DNA of 64,000 nt from Thermoplasmata archaeon (lineage in GTDB: Archaea; Thermoplasmatota; Thermoplasmata; Lutacidiplasmatales; UBA184), in assembly GCA_021821785.1 (NCBI GenBank), contig JAKACD010000001.1, forward strand, positions 39,964 to 103,963. Reading direction: 5' to 3'. A program made the translations under genes and the position numbers. Shown here in pieces: positions 1 through 7,993 of this stretch. The notes under the pieces are model-generated. The model saw only the letters and a list, made by a program, of their open reading frames with translations, searched no databases and was not told the origin of the DNA. Numbering within the stretch: position 1 is the stretch's first letter; each line of letters opens with the position of its first letter.

Positions 1-485
1 GGCTCGGGCTTGCCGCGAAGATCTCCGGCGACCGGCGTGGTCGTCGTCCACGCGCCCCACGGGGTCGCCCCGCTGCGCTGGATCCCGGTGTTCATGTACG
101 CCTCGTTGTCGTACATGACGTAGATCGCGTCGGTCCGTCGCTCGAGCATCCCGCTGAGCGCCTGGAGGCCGATATCCGCCGTCCCGCCGTCGCCGGCAAA
201 GCCGACGATGTTGACCTTGTCGAGGCCGAGCGCATCGGCAGCGGCCCGCAGGCCCGAGATCGACGCCCCGGTCGATTCGATCGCATTGTCGAGCACGGCG
301 ACCTTGAGGGCGGTGGTCGGGTAGGGCGTCGCGATCACCGTCCAGCAGCAGGCGGGGATCGAGACCAGCGTCCGCGGCCCGAGCCCCTTCAGGAGGAGGC
401 GCATCGCGAGCGCGGGGCCGCAGCCCGGGCAGGCCGCGTGGCCGCCGTACATCAGCTCCTGGGCCGGGATCGTGAGCTTAGCCAT
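1..485 (-). CDS. porB: 2-oxoacid:ferredoxin oxidoreductase beta subunit (runs off window edge)
   Basis: Manual translation from ATG 485: MAKLTIPAQELMYGGHAACPGCG...GFAGDGGTADIG...YDNEAYMNTGIQRSGATP (TPP-binding GDG..N motif); overlaps the alpha subunit stop. Confidence 0.93.
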   Translation of the reverse strand, partial: MAKLTIPAQELMYGGHAACPGCGPALAMRLLLKGLGPRTLVSIPACCWTVIATPYPTTALKVAVLDNAIESTGASISGLRAAADALGLDKVNIVGFAGDGGTADIGLQALSGMLERRTDAIYVMYDNEAYMNTGIQRSGATPWGAWTTTTPVAGDLRGKPE

Positions 486-1662
486 GGATCCGTGTCACCC
501 CCTCGTCTTCGAGGTCTTCCCAATGGACCGTGGCGGGGGCCCCCGAGAGCAGGGTCTCGAACATCCGCCGGACCTCACCCGGGGTCACGTCTCGCCCCCC
601 GATGCCGGCGAGGAAGCTCGTGACCTCGGGCCGGTGCCGCGCCGTGTAGAGCGCCGCGCTCACCTCCGTGGCCGCGGGACCCATCGGCCCGAACGTGTAG
701 GAGCGGTCGACGACCCCGATCCGGTCGACCCCCCGGGCGAGACGACGCAGCTCCTCATCAGGGAACGGCCGGAACAACCGCAGCTTCGCGAGCCCGACCC
801 GGCGGCCGCTGGCCCGGAGCTCGTCGACGACGGATCGGGCGGTGGTGGTCGAAGTGCCCATCGTGATCAGGACCGCGTCGGCGTCGTCGATCCGGTAGGT
901 CGGGAGCGCTCCGCCGTGGGAGCGGCCGACGGCGCGCTCGAACTCCGTTTCCACCGTCTCGAGGACCTTCGGCACCCGGGCCATCGCCTCGCCGATCTGA
1001 TGGCGGAAGTCGACGTAGTGCTCGGGGCCCGTGAACGAGCCGAGACGGGTCGCCTCGCCCGGCACGAGCACCGCATGGGGCTCGCGCGGCGGCAGGAAGC
1101 GGTCGACCACCGCCGGGTCGGGCACGTCGACCGGTTCGACCGTGTGCGAGAGATAGAACGCGTCCTCCGTGACCATCGCGGGAAGCCGGACGTCCGGGTG
1201 CTCGGCGAGCCGATACGCCTGGAGCACCGTATCGAGGACCTCCTGGTTGCTCTCCGCGTAGAACTGGATCCAGCCGGTGTCCCGCTGGCTCATCGTGTCG
1301 GTGTGATCGGCGCCGATGTTCCACGGGGGGGCCACCGCGCGGTTGATCACCCCCATCACGATCGGAGCGCGCATTCCCGAGGCCCAGTGAAGCAGTTCGT
1401 GCATCAGCAACAGGCCCTGGCTCGACGTCGCCGTGTACGTCCGCGCGCCGAGCGCCGCGGCGCTGATCACGACCTGCAACGCCGAGTGCTCGCTCTCGAC
1501 CTTGACGTACTGCGCGTGGAGTTCTCCGCTGGCGACGAAGTCCGCGATCTTCTCGACGATCGAGGTCTGCGGCGTGATCGGGTACGCCGAGACGACCTGC
1601 GCCCGCGCGAGGAGAGCGGCGTACGACTGCGCGTAATTTCCCGAAAGCACCTTTGCGGTCAT
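478..1662 (-). CDS. porA: 2-oxoacid:ferredoxin oxidoreductase alpha subunit
   Basis: SGNYA, AYPITPQT, VESEHSA, TATSSQGL motifs; start trimmed to MTAKVLSG. Confidence 0.93.
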   Translation of the reverse strand: MTAKVLSGNYAQSYAALLARAQVVSAYPITPQTSIVEKIADFVASGELHAQYVKVESEHSALQVVISAAALGARTYTATSSQGLLLMHELLHWASGMRAPIVMGVINRAVAPPWNIGADHTDTMSQRDTGWIQFYAESNQEVLDTVLQAYRLAEHPDVRLPAMVTEDAFYLSHTVEPVDVPDPAVVDRFLPPREPHAVLVPGEATRLGSFTGPEHYVDFRHQIGEAMARVPKVLETVETEFERAVGRSHGGALPTYRIDDADAVLITMGTSTTTARSVVDELRASGRRVGLAKLRLFRPFPDEELRRLARGVDRIGVVDRSYTFGPMGPAATEVSAALYTARHRPEVTSFLAGIGGRDVTPGEVRRMFETLLSGAPATVHWEDLEDEGVTRIHG

Positions 1663-1673
1663 GACCTCCCCCG

Positions 1674-2528
1674 TCAGGCCTCCGCCACCATCTCGATCGT
1701 CTTCGGCGGACACTCGGCCGCACAGATCCCGCACCCCTTGCAGTAGGCGAGCCGGATCTGAGGGTAGCCCTTCGCGTCGAACTCGATGGCGTCGTCGGGG
1801 CAGAACTTCCAGCAGAAGTTGCACTTCGTGCAGCGGTCGAGGTGGATCACCGGCGTGAACGTCCGCCACGCCGCGGTGTGGAGGGTCTCGCTGGAGACGG
1901 AAGCGATCGGGCCCTCGGGCAGCACGAGGGGCGGAGGGCGGGCACGGGGCGGCGGCGCGGGAGCCGAGGCGTCCCCCGGGAGCACGGTAACGCCGAGATA
2001 CCCGTCCCGGGCCGCGAGTCGATTTTCCTCCGGTCGAGCAGGGACGAACTGCCCCACCGCCCGGGTCAGGCCCTCGAGGGAGACCACTCCCGTCGCCCGC
2101 GCGAGGGCACCGAGCACGGCCGTGTTGACGATGGGGAGCATCGGGGTCCCGAGATTGTGCGCGAGCGCGATCCGGGTCGCGTCCACGCTCGCCCGCCGAA
2201 CTCCGGCGGGCGCGATCAACGCCTGTGGCGGACGCGGGGAATTGACGAGGAGAATACCGTTCGGCTTCAGGCCGTCGGCGACCGGTTCCGTCGCGAGGAG
2301 TCCCGGGTCGAGGACGACGACGGCGTCGGGGGCGGTGATCGAGGTCCGCAACCCCACCGGCCGATCGTCGACCCGGCAGTAGGCGGTGACCGGAGCCCCG
2401 CGCCGTTCCACGCCGAAGAACGGGAAGCTCTGGGGCTGCTTCCCGTCAAGGAACGCCGCCTGGGCGAGCAGTTCCGAGGCCACGACCGCCCCCTGGCCGC
2501 CGCGGCCGTGGAACCGGATCTCAATCAT
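1674..2528 (-). CDS. 2-oxoacid:ferredoxin oxidoreductase fused gamma-delta subunit
   Basis: N-terminal [10 protein letters not shown] and [10 protein letters not shown] (gamma); C-terminal WRTFTP plus two CxxCxxC...CP ferredoxin motifs (delta). Confidence 0.92.
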
Positions 2529-2640
2529 AACATCCCCGCGTGAACGAGCCCGAGGAAAGTTGATGAATCGGGGGTCAGCCACAGTTGACAACTCCTTAAA
2601 CAGCGGCGCGCCTCTCGTTACTCTCGGTGTGTGGGTAGAC

Positions 2641-3564
2641 ATGGTGGGCATACGCGCGCTCAAGAAAATCTGGTTCGACGGAAAGCTCGTCGACTGGGAC
2701 GCGGCCCAGGTCCACGTCCTGACGCACGGGCTTCACTACGCCTATGCCGTGTTCGAAGGCATCCGAACCCACGACACGCCCCGCGGTCCGGCGATCTTCC
2801 GACTCTCGGAGCACATCGACCGGTTCCTGAGCAGCGCGAAGATCTATCGGATGAAGCTCCCCTACTCGGGACCGGACCTTGCGAAAGCATGTGTCGATCT
2901 CGTTCGGGCGAACGAGATCCCGACGGCGTACATTCGCCCGATCGCCTTCTCGGGCTATGGCGAGATGGGGCTCGACCCGACCAAGAGCCCGGTGCAGGTC
3001 GCGGTCGGCGAGTGGGAGTGGCCCGCCTATCTTGGGGCGGAGGGGGTCGAGCGCGGCGTGCGCGCCACGGTCTCGAGCTGGGTCCGAATGGACTCGCGGT
3101 CGTTGCCTCCGCAATCGAAGTCGGCCGCGAACTACGCGAACAGCGCGCTCGCCAAGATGGAGGCGGTGGTGGGCGGCTACGACGAGGCGATCCTCCTGAA
3201 TTCGGCCGGCATGGTCGCCGAGGGGCCGGGGGAGAACGTCTTCCGAGTGAAGAACGGGATCGTCAGCACCCCGCCGGCGAGCTCGGGAATCCTGCGCGGC
3301 ATCACCCGGGACACGGTCATCCAGTTCGTGGCGCACGAGGGAATCCGGTTCCAGCGCACCGACTTCACTCGAGAGGAGCTGTTCACCGCGGACGAACTGT
3401 TCTACACCGGCACGGCCGCGGGGATCACGCCGATCCGGGAGGTCGATGGACGGCTGATCGGCAACGGAAGCTACCCCATCGTCAAGCGGCTCCAGCAACG
3501 GTACGAGGATGCCATCCACGGTCGCAACCCGGCGTACAACGCTTGGCTGACCTACGTCGCATAG
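2641..3564 (+). CDS. ilvE: branched-chain amino acid aminotransferase
   Basis: HGLHYAYAVFEGIR, KSAANY, EGPGENVF, LRGITR, GTAAGITPI fold-type IV motifs. Confidence 0.93.
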   Translation: MVGIRALKKIWFDGKLVDWDAAQVHVLTHGLHYAYAVFEGIRTHDTPRGPAIFRLSEHIDRFLSSAKIYRMKLPYSGPDLAKACVDLVRANEIPTAYIRPIAFSGYGEMGLDPTKSPVQVAVGEWEWPAYLGAEGVERGVRATVSSWVRMDSRSLPPQSKSAANYANSALAKMEAVVGGYDEAILLNSAGMVAEGPGENVFRVKNGIVSTPPASSGILRGITRDTVIQFVAHEGIRFQRTDFTREELFTADELFYTGTAAGITPIREVDGRLIGNGSYPIVKRLQQRYEDAIHGRNPAYNAWLTYVA

Positions 3565-3846
3565 CACCGCGACCTGAGCCGGAGTACGACGGCGCCATTC
3601 GCCGTCCCGCGCCGGCCGGGGTGAGACTCACCGCCGGGCCGAGCGACGGGCGCGGGGCCGTGGGAGGGGCGCCCCGGGGCCTAAGGTCGCGGGTGGCATG
3701 GCCTCACGGACTGCTCGCCTTCGTTGGGCTGGCTCTGACCGGAGGGATCCGCGCGTCCGGAGCTGACGCTCCGGCTCGTCGCACTCCCTCCAGCCCCCGA
3801 AGTCCCTGAGCGGGGTCCTCCGGTGTTACGGTGGGCCTGGGTCGAC

Positions 3847-4323
3847 TTAGGTCACCAAGAAGCGCAGCAGCTTCGCTCCGATCGAGGAGCCGCTCCAGCG
3901 GTCGCGCAGCTTCAGTCGGGATGCAAGGCTGTACGCATAGGGAGAGAAGATCAGCACGAGGAACGCGAAGGCCAGCATGAGGTCCCCTCCGGGGTCCGTG
4001 TACCCGACGAACGACCAGCCCGTTCCCAGGACGTACGCGCCGCCGAATCCGCCGGCGACCCAAATGGAGAACATGATCGTGGCGCTCCAGATCGCTGCGG
4101 GTCGCTGGAAGAGTCCGACGATGAGGGCCAAGCCGCCCATCGTCTCTCCCAGGGCGACGAGGGTACCGAACACGACCCAGTTGTTGCTGAGCGCGTCGTA
4201 GCCGAAGCTCTGGACCGTGGCCTGCATCGTGCCCTGCTGGAAGAGGATCCACTTGAGCATGCCATCGAGCAGGAACACGGCTCCGAAGAGAATCCGCATC
4301 CCCGAGTAGGCTCGGATCGACAT
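3847..4323 (-). CDS. DoxX / TQO small subunit DoxD-like membrane protein
   Basis: RILFGAVFLLDGMLKW, GETMGGLALIVG, TDPG, YSL patterns; about 4 TM helices; start uncertain (4323 or 4416). Confidence 0.7.
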   Translation of the reverse strand: MSIRAYSGMRILFGAVFLLDGMLKWILFQQGTMQATVQSFGYDALSNNWVVFGTLVALGETMGGLALIVGLFQRPAAIWSATIMFSIWVAGGFGGAYVLGTGWSFVGYTDPGGDLMLAFAFLVLIFSPYAYSLASRLKLRDRWSGSSIGAKLLRFLVT

Positions 4324-4648
4324 CGATTCCGTACCGAAGCCGACATCGGTCGAAAGGTTCTGCTGCTTCGGAAAAGCGAATCCCGGCGCGGTTGCGCCCC
4401 TGGTATTTCCCCGCATGGCCCGCTATCGAGCAGGTTACAGGGTCCATCCTCCATCTTCCCTCCGTCCATAGAGTCAGGACAGTAAGGACGCCTAGGGTCG
4501 GCCGCGCCGCGGCTCCGGCCGCGTCCGGGTTCACACCATCGCCCTTGATGGTGGGACCGCGAGGGGGCCGGGGTCGCGGCGGATGGGGGACCCGTGCAGG
4601 GAGACGTCCCTGAGCGCAGCAAACCGACCGGAACTTCAGTGAGAGACC

Positions 4649-4721
4649 AGCCGCGGGAGGGATTTGAACCCTCGACCTGCTCCTTACCAAGGAGCCGCTC
4701 TACCAGCTGAGCCACCGCGGC
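4649..4721 (-). tRNA. tRNA-Thr(GGT)
   Basis: GCCGCGGTGGCTCAGCTGGTAGAGCGGCTCCTTGGTAAGGAGCAGGTCGAGGGTTCAAATCCCTCCCGCGGCT folds into a cloverleaf; no encoded CCA. Confidence 0.96.
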
Positions 4722-4742
4722 ACGGACGTGAGGACCCGAGTC

Positions 4743-5609
4743 TCACGCCTTATTCCTCTTTCTGGGGGGTTCGTCGCTCCGCGCGCCGGCCCAAGGGAAT
4801 CCCTGGGACGATGCTGCCCAGCCTTCCCGGTCAGTCTCGGCAAGGCGCTTCTTCTCGAGGAATGCTTGCATCCCGGTCTTCTGGCCCGCGGTCCCGAAGA
4901 GACGGGACCAGAGATCGAGCTCGTAGTCGAGCCCGGCCTCAATCTCGGGGTCGATCGCGTTCTGGAGCGCGTACTTCGCCGCCGCGAGCGCGAGCGGCGG
5001 CTTCGACGCAAGCTCGGTGGCGAGGGCGAGTGCCGCGGGGAGCAATTCCGACCTCGGCACGACCTGGTCGACCAACCCCTGCGCATGGGCCTCGGCGGCC
5101 GTCACGGGTCGTCCGGTGAGAATCCAGCGGCGAGCACGGGCCGCCCCGATACGACGGGGGAGTCGGCGAGTCCCGCCCCATCCCGGCATGATCCCGAGGT
5201 TGATCTCCGGCTGGCCGAACCTCGCGTCCTCGCTCGCCAGAATGAAGTCGCAGGCGAGGGAGATCTCGCAGCCGCCGCCGAGGGCGACTCCGTGGACCGC
5301 GGCGATCACCGGCAGGGAGAGCCGTTCGATCTGTCGCGTCACGGCCTGGCCCAGGGCGCCGTGCTCGTGGGCCGCCGCCGGGTCCATCGGCGCCATCTCC
5401 CGGATATCGGCCCCGGCGGCGAATGCCTTCTCCGCCGCGCTGGCAAGCACGACGGCCCGCACCCCGAGGTCCACCTCGGCCTCTTCGAGCCGCGCGGCGA
5501 GGGCGTCCAGCACCCGGCGCGAAAGGACGTTCACCGGTGGATGGTCGAGCGTCAGGAGGAGCGTTCGCCCGCGTTTCTCGCTCCGCACGAGGTCCGGTCC
5601 GTCCGGCAT
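4743..5609 (-). CDS. enoyl-CoA hydratase/isomerase
   Basis: AFAAGADI, ALGGGCE, FGQPEINLGIMPGWGGT crotonase motifs. Confidence 0.92.
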   Translation of the reverse strand: MPDGPDLVRSEKRGRTLLLTLDHPPVNVLSRRVLDALAARLEEAEVDLGVRAVVLASAAEKAFAAGADIREMAPMDPAAAHEHGALGQAVTRQIERLSLPVIAAVHGVALGGGCEISLACDFILASEDARFGQPEINLGIMPGWGGTRRLPRRIGAARARRWILTGRPVTAAEAHAQGLVDQVVPRSELLPAALALATELASKPPLALAAAKYALQNAIDPEIEAGLDYELDLWSRLFGTAGQKTGMQAFLEKKRLAETDREGWAASSQGFPWAGARSDEPPRKRNKA

Positions 5610-5633
5610 CGTGGCGGCCGAGTGAGGGCGGCC

Positions 5634-5640
5634 TATTAAT
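5634..5640. promoter_or_regulatory. probable bidirectional TATA box
   Basis: TATTAAT is the only AT-rich patch between divergent ATGs at 5609 and 5662, 22-25 nt from each. Confidence 0.6.
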
Positions 5641-5661
5641 CTCCGTGACCTCCCGCCCCCG

Positions 5662-6672
5662 ATGCGGGCGGTGGTCACCACCTGGTATGCGACGTTCCTG
5701 ATCGAGGACGGGGTCGTCGTGCGCACCGCGGCCGTGCCGACGGAGGTCGTGACGATCGCCGAGCGGGCGCTCCAGCGTCGGGGCGGAGAGCTCACTCCTG
5801 AGGAGCGGGAACTGCTTACCGACCGGGGAAGCGCCGAATGGCGCACGCGGGACCGCCGCCTGGCGGCCCACGGGCTGGTCCTCGATCTGAGCCTCCCGGC
5901 CACGATCCCGTCGCTTCCGTCCCCGCCGGACCCGGCGCTCCTGCGGGCCGGCGAGCTCGCCGCGGCCGAGCGCTCGCTCGAGGCCGCCTGGGACCCTTCC
6001 GTGCACGTCGAGGAAGCGGTCCGGGCCGTGTCGGATCTCGACCGCGTGCAGAACCTCGTGGGAGAGCGGCTCGCGAGCTGGGTCGCGCGCGACGCCCCCG
6101 ATCTCGATGCGTCAGACCATGGTCGGGCCGTGCGGCTGGCCCTCGCTCGGGAGGAATCGGCGCTGGGCCCCCTTGACCCCTCGCTGCGAGCCGCCCGGGA
6201 ACGCCTCGCGAACCTCTATCGCGAGGTGGAAGCCACCCACGCTGAGCTGGAGAAGGCGGTGGCGACCGCCGCGCCGCGTCGCGCGCCCAACCTGGTCGCA
6301 TTGCTCGGCCCCGACCTCGCCGCCCGGCTGCTGGCCTCGGCCGGTGGCCTCGACCGATTGGCCCGGCTCCCCGCGAGCACGATACAGGTCCTGGGCGCGG
6401 AGCGCGCCTTCTTCGAACACCTGCGGGGCCGAGCGCCGCCACCACGCCACGGGTTGCTCTTCCTCCATCCCTCGATCCAATCGGCGCCGCGCTCGGAACG
6501 CGGGAAGCTCGCCCGGGCGCTGGCCGGAAAGGCCGCGATCGCCGCGCGACGCGACCATGTCGGGTCGCCGGTGGACGAAAGCCTCGCGCGGGCCTACGAG
6601 ACCCGTCGGGCGGCGCTCAAGGCACGACGAGGTCGTCCGGCGCGGGACCGGGGCCCCCGTCGATCACGGTAG
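5662..6672 (+). CDS. nop5: Nop5/Nop56-58 box C/D sRNP protein
   Basis: APNLVALLG, LARLPASTIQVLGAERAFF, PPRHGLLF, GKLARALAGKAAIAARRD Nop domain. Confidence 0.88.
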   Translation: MRAVVTTWYATFLIEDGVVVRTAAVPTEVVTIAERALQRRGGELTPEERELLTDRGSAEWRTRDRRLAAHGLVLDLSLPATIPSLPSPPDPALLRAGELAAAERSLEAAWDPSVHVEEAVRAVSDLDRVQNLVGERLASWVARDAPDLDASDHGRAVRLALAREESALGPLDPSLRAARERLANLYREVEATHAELEKAVATAAPRRAPNLVALLGPDLAARLLASAGGLDRLARLPASTIQVLGAERAFFEHLRGRAPPPRHGLLFLHPSIQSAPRSERGKLARALAGKAAIAARRDHVGSPVDESLARAYETRRAALKARRGRPARDRGPRRSR

Positions 6673-7215
6673 CCACTTCACCGTGCAGCCCTGCACGGGG
6701 ACCTCGCTCGGTCGCACGGGTTGACCGGCGAGGGCCTGATCCAGGGCGCGCACGAGGTACCGCTCGGTCACGCGCTCGGCATGCTGATGGTCGTTGTCGA
6801 TCCTTCCCTGGAACAGGAGACGTCGGTGGGCGTCGAACAGCATCGGGTGGGGCGTGACGAGGGCGCCGTACGCGTGCGCGACCTCCTGGCTCTCATCTTG
6901 AAGGTACGGGAACGGGTAGTGCTTCTCCTGCGCCCGTCGCGCCATCGACTCGAGGCTGTCCTCGGGATAGGCGCGGGCATCGTTCGGATTGATGAGGACC
7001 GTCCGGACCCCCTTCGCGAGATACTCCCGTCCGATCGCGATCATCCGCCCTTCCCAGGCCTGCACGTACGGGCAGTGATTGCACCAGAAGACCACCAGCA
7101 GAAACGGATCGGTCGCGAACTCCGAGAGATGATAGGTCCGGCCGTCGACCCCAGGCAGCGCGAACTCCGGCGCCGGGTCCCCGGGATGCAACGAGAACGT
7201 CGACAGCTCGGCCAT
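6664..7215 (-). CDS. thioredoxin-family redoxin (AhpC/TSA-like)
   Basis: GDPAPEF, FWCNHCPYV, GRIDN, C-terminal GCTVKW. Confidence 0.88.
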   Translation of the reverse strand: MAELSTFSLHPGDPAPEFALPGVDGRTYHLSEFATDPFLLVVFWCNHCPYVQAWEGRMIAIGREYLAKGVRTVLINPNDARAYPEDSLESMARRAQEKHYPFPYLQDESQEVAHAYGALVTPHPMLFDAHRRLLFQGRIDNDHQHAERVTERYLVRALDQALAGQPVRPSEVPVQGCTVKWLP

Positions 7216-7267
7216 AGCACGAGATGCAGCGAACCCATCCTCATAGCCTTTAGAGGGGCCGCGGGTC

Positions 7268-7993
7268 GTGGTCCCGGAACCGGTGCACGAAGATAGCGGA
7301 CCTGAGGACGCGGTCGCCGCGGACGTTCGCGCGGCGATCTCGGAGGTGGACTGTGCCACGAACTCCGCGGCCGACGTCACGCTGCTGCGGGCGGGGTCCG
7401 TAGCGTTTCGTGTCGCGATCCTCGCGGACCGCGCCGTTTCCGTCGGCTCCGGCGTGGAGGAGTCGGCGCCGTACCTCGGCCGTGCGCGGGCGGCCGGTCT
7501 CTCGGTCGTTCGGCGCTCCTCGGGAGGGACGGGAGTGCTTCACGCGCCCGGGGACCTGGCGTGGTCGATCGTGCTGCCCCGGGGGCATCCCCTCGCGGGC
7601 CGGGATTTCGTCCGCGCGTACCCCCGGCTCGGCGAGGGCGTCGTGCGATGGCTCAGCGACCTCGGGGTATCGGCCGCGTGGACGGGCCCGCTCGGGCGTT
7701 CGACCGACTATTGCCTGCTGAGCGCCCGGGGCCACGTCCTGTCGGTCGGAGAACGAGTGCTGGGAGGGGCCGCCCAGCACCTCTCGGGGTCATCGCTGCT
7801 CCATCACGGGATCCTCCCGCTCGAGGTCGACCGGACCGCGGTGACCCGGCTGTTCGGGCTCGACGAGGACGGCACGACGGACCGGTTGACCTCCCTGCGC
7901 GAGCTCGGGATCCGCGGCTCCCCTCGTCGCCTCGCCGAGGGTCTGGCCGCGGCGATCGCCCGCCAGCTGGGGACCTTCCCACCGCCGGGCTAA
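7268..7993 (+). CDS. lipoate-protein ligase/octanoyltransferase family catalytic domain (atypical)
   Basis: VVRRSSGGTGVLH, LGGAAQ, LLHHGIL motifs; start uncertain. Confidence 0.75.
   Translation: MVPEPVHEDSGPEDAVAADVRAAISEVDCATNSAADVTLLRAGSVAFRVAILADRAVSVGSGVEESAPYLGRARAAGLSVVRRSSGGTGVLHAPGDLAWSIVLPRGHPLAGRDFVRAYPRLGEGVVRWLSDLGVSAAWTGPLGRSTDYCLLSARGHVLSVGERVLGGAAQHLSGSSLLHHGILPLEVDRTAVTRLFGLDEDGTTDRLTSLRELGIRGSPRRLAEGLAAAIARQLGTFPPPG

Noticed and set aside
3565-3846. Long spacers (also 30158-30479) checked for SRP RNA, RNase P RNA or C/D sRNA
   Set aside because: No SRP helix-8, P4 or paired C/D boxes recognised by eye; an Rfam scan would be needed to exclude them fully
4470-4550. Minus-strand GGCGATGGTGT resembling the start of a fluoride riboswitch, inside a CACCATC/GATGGTG hairpin
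   Set aside because: Lacks the P1 partner strand and the downstream GCTAATGAC-type motif; the downstream gene is not a fluoride gene
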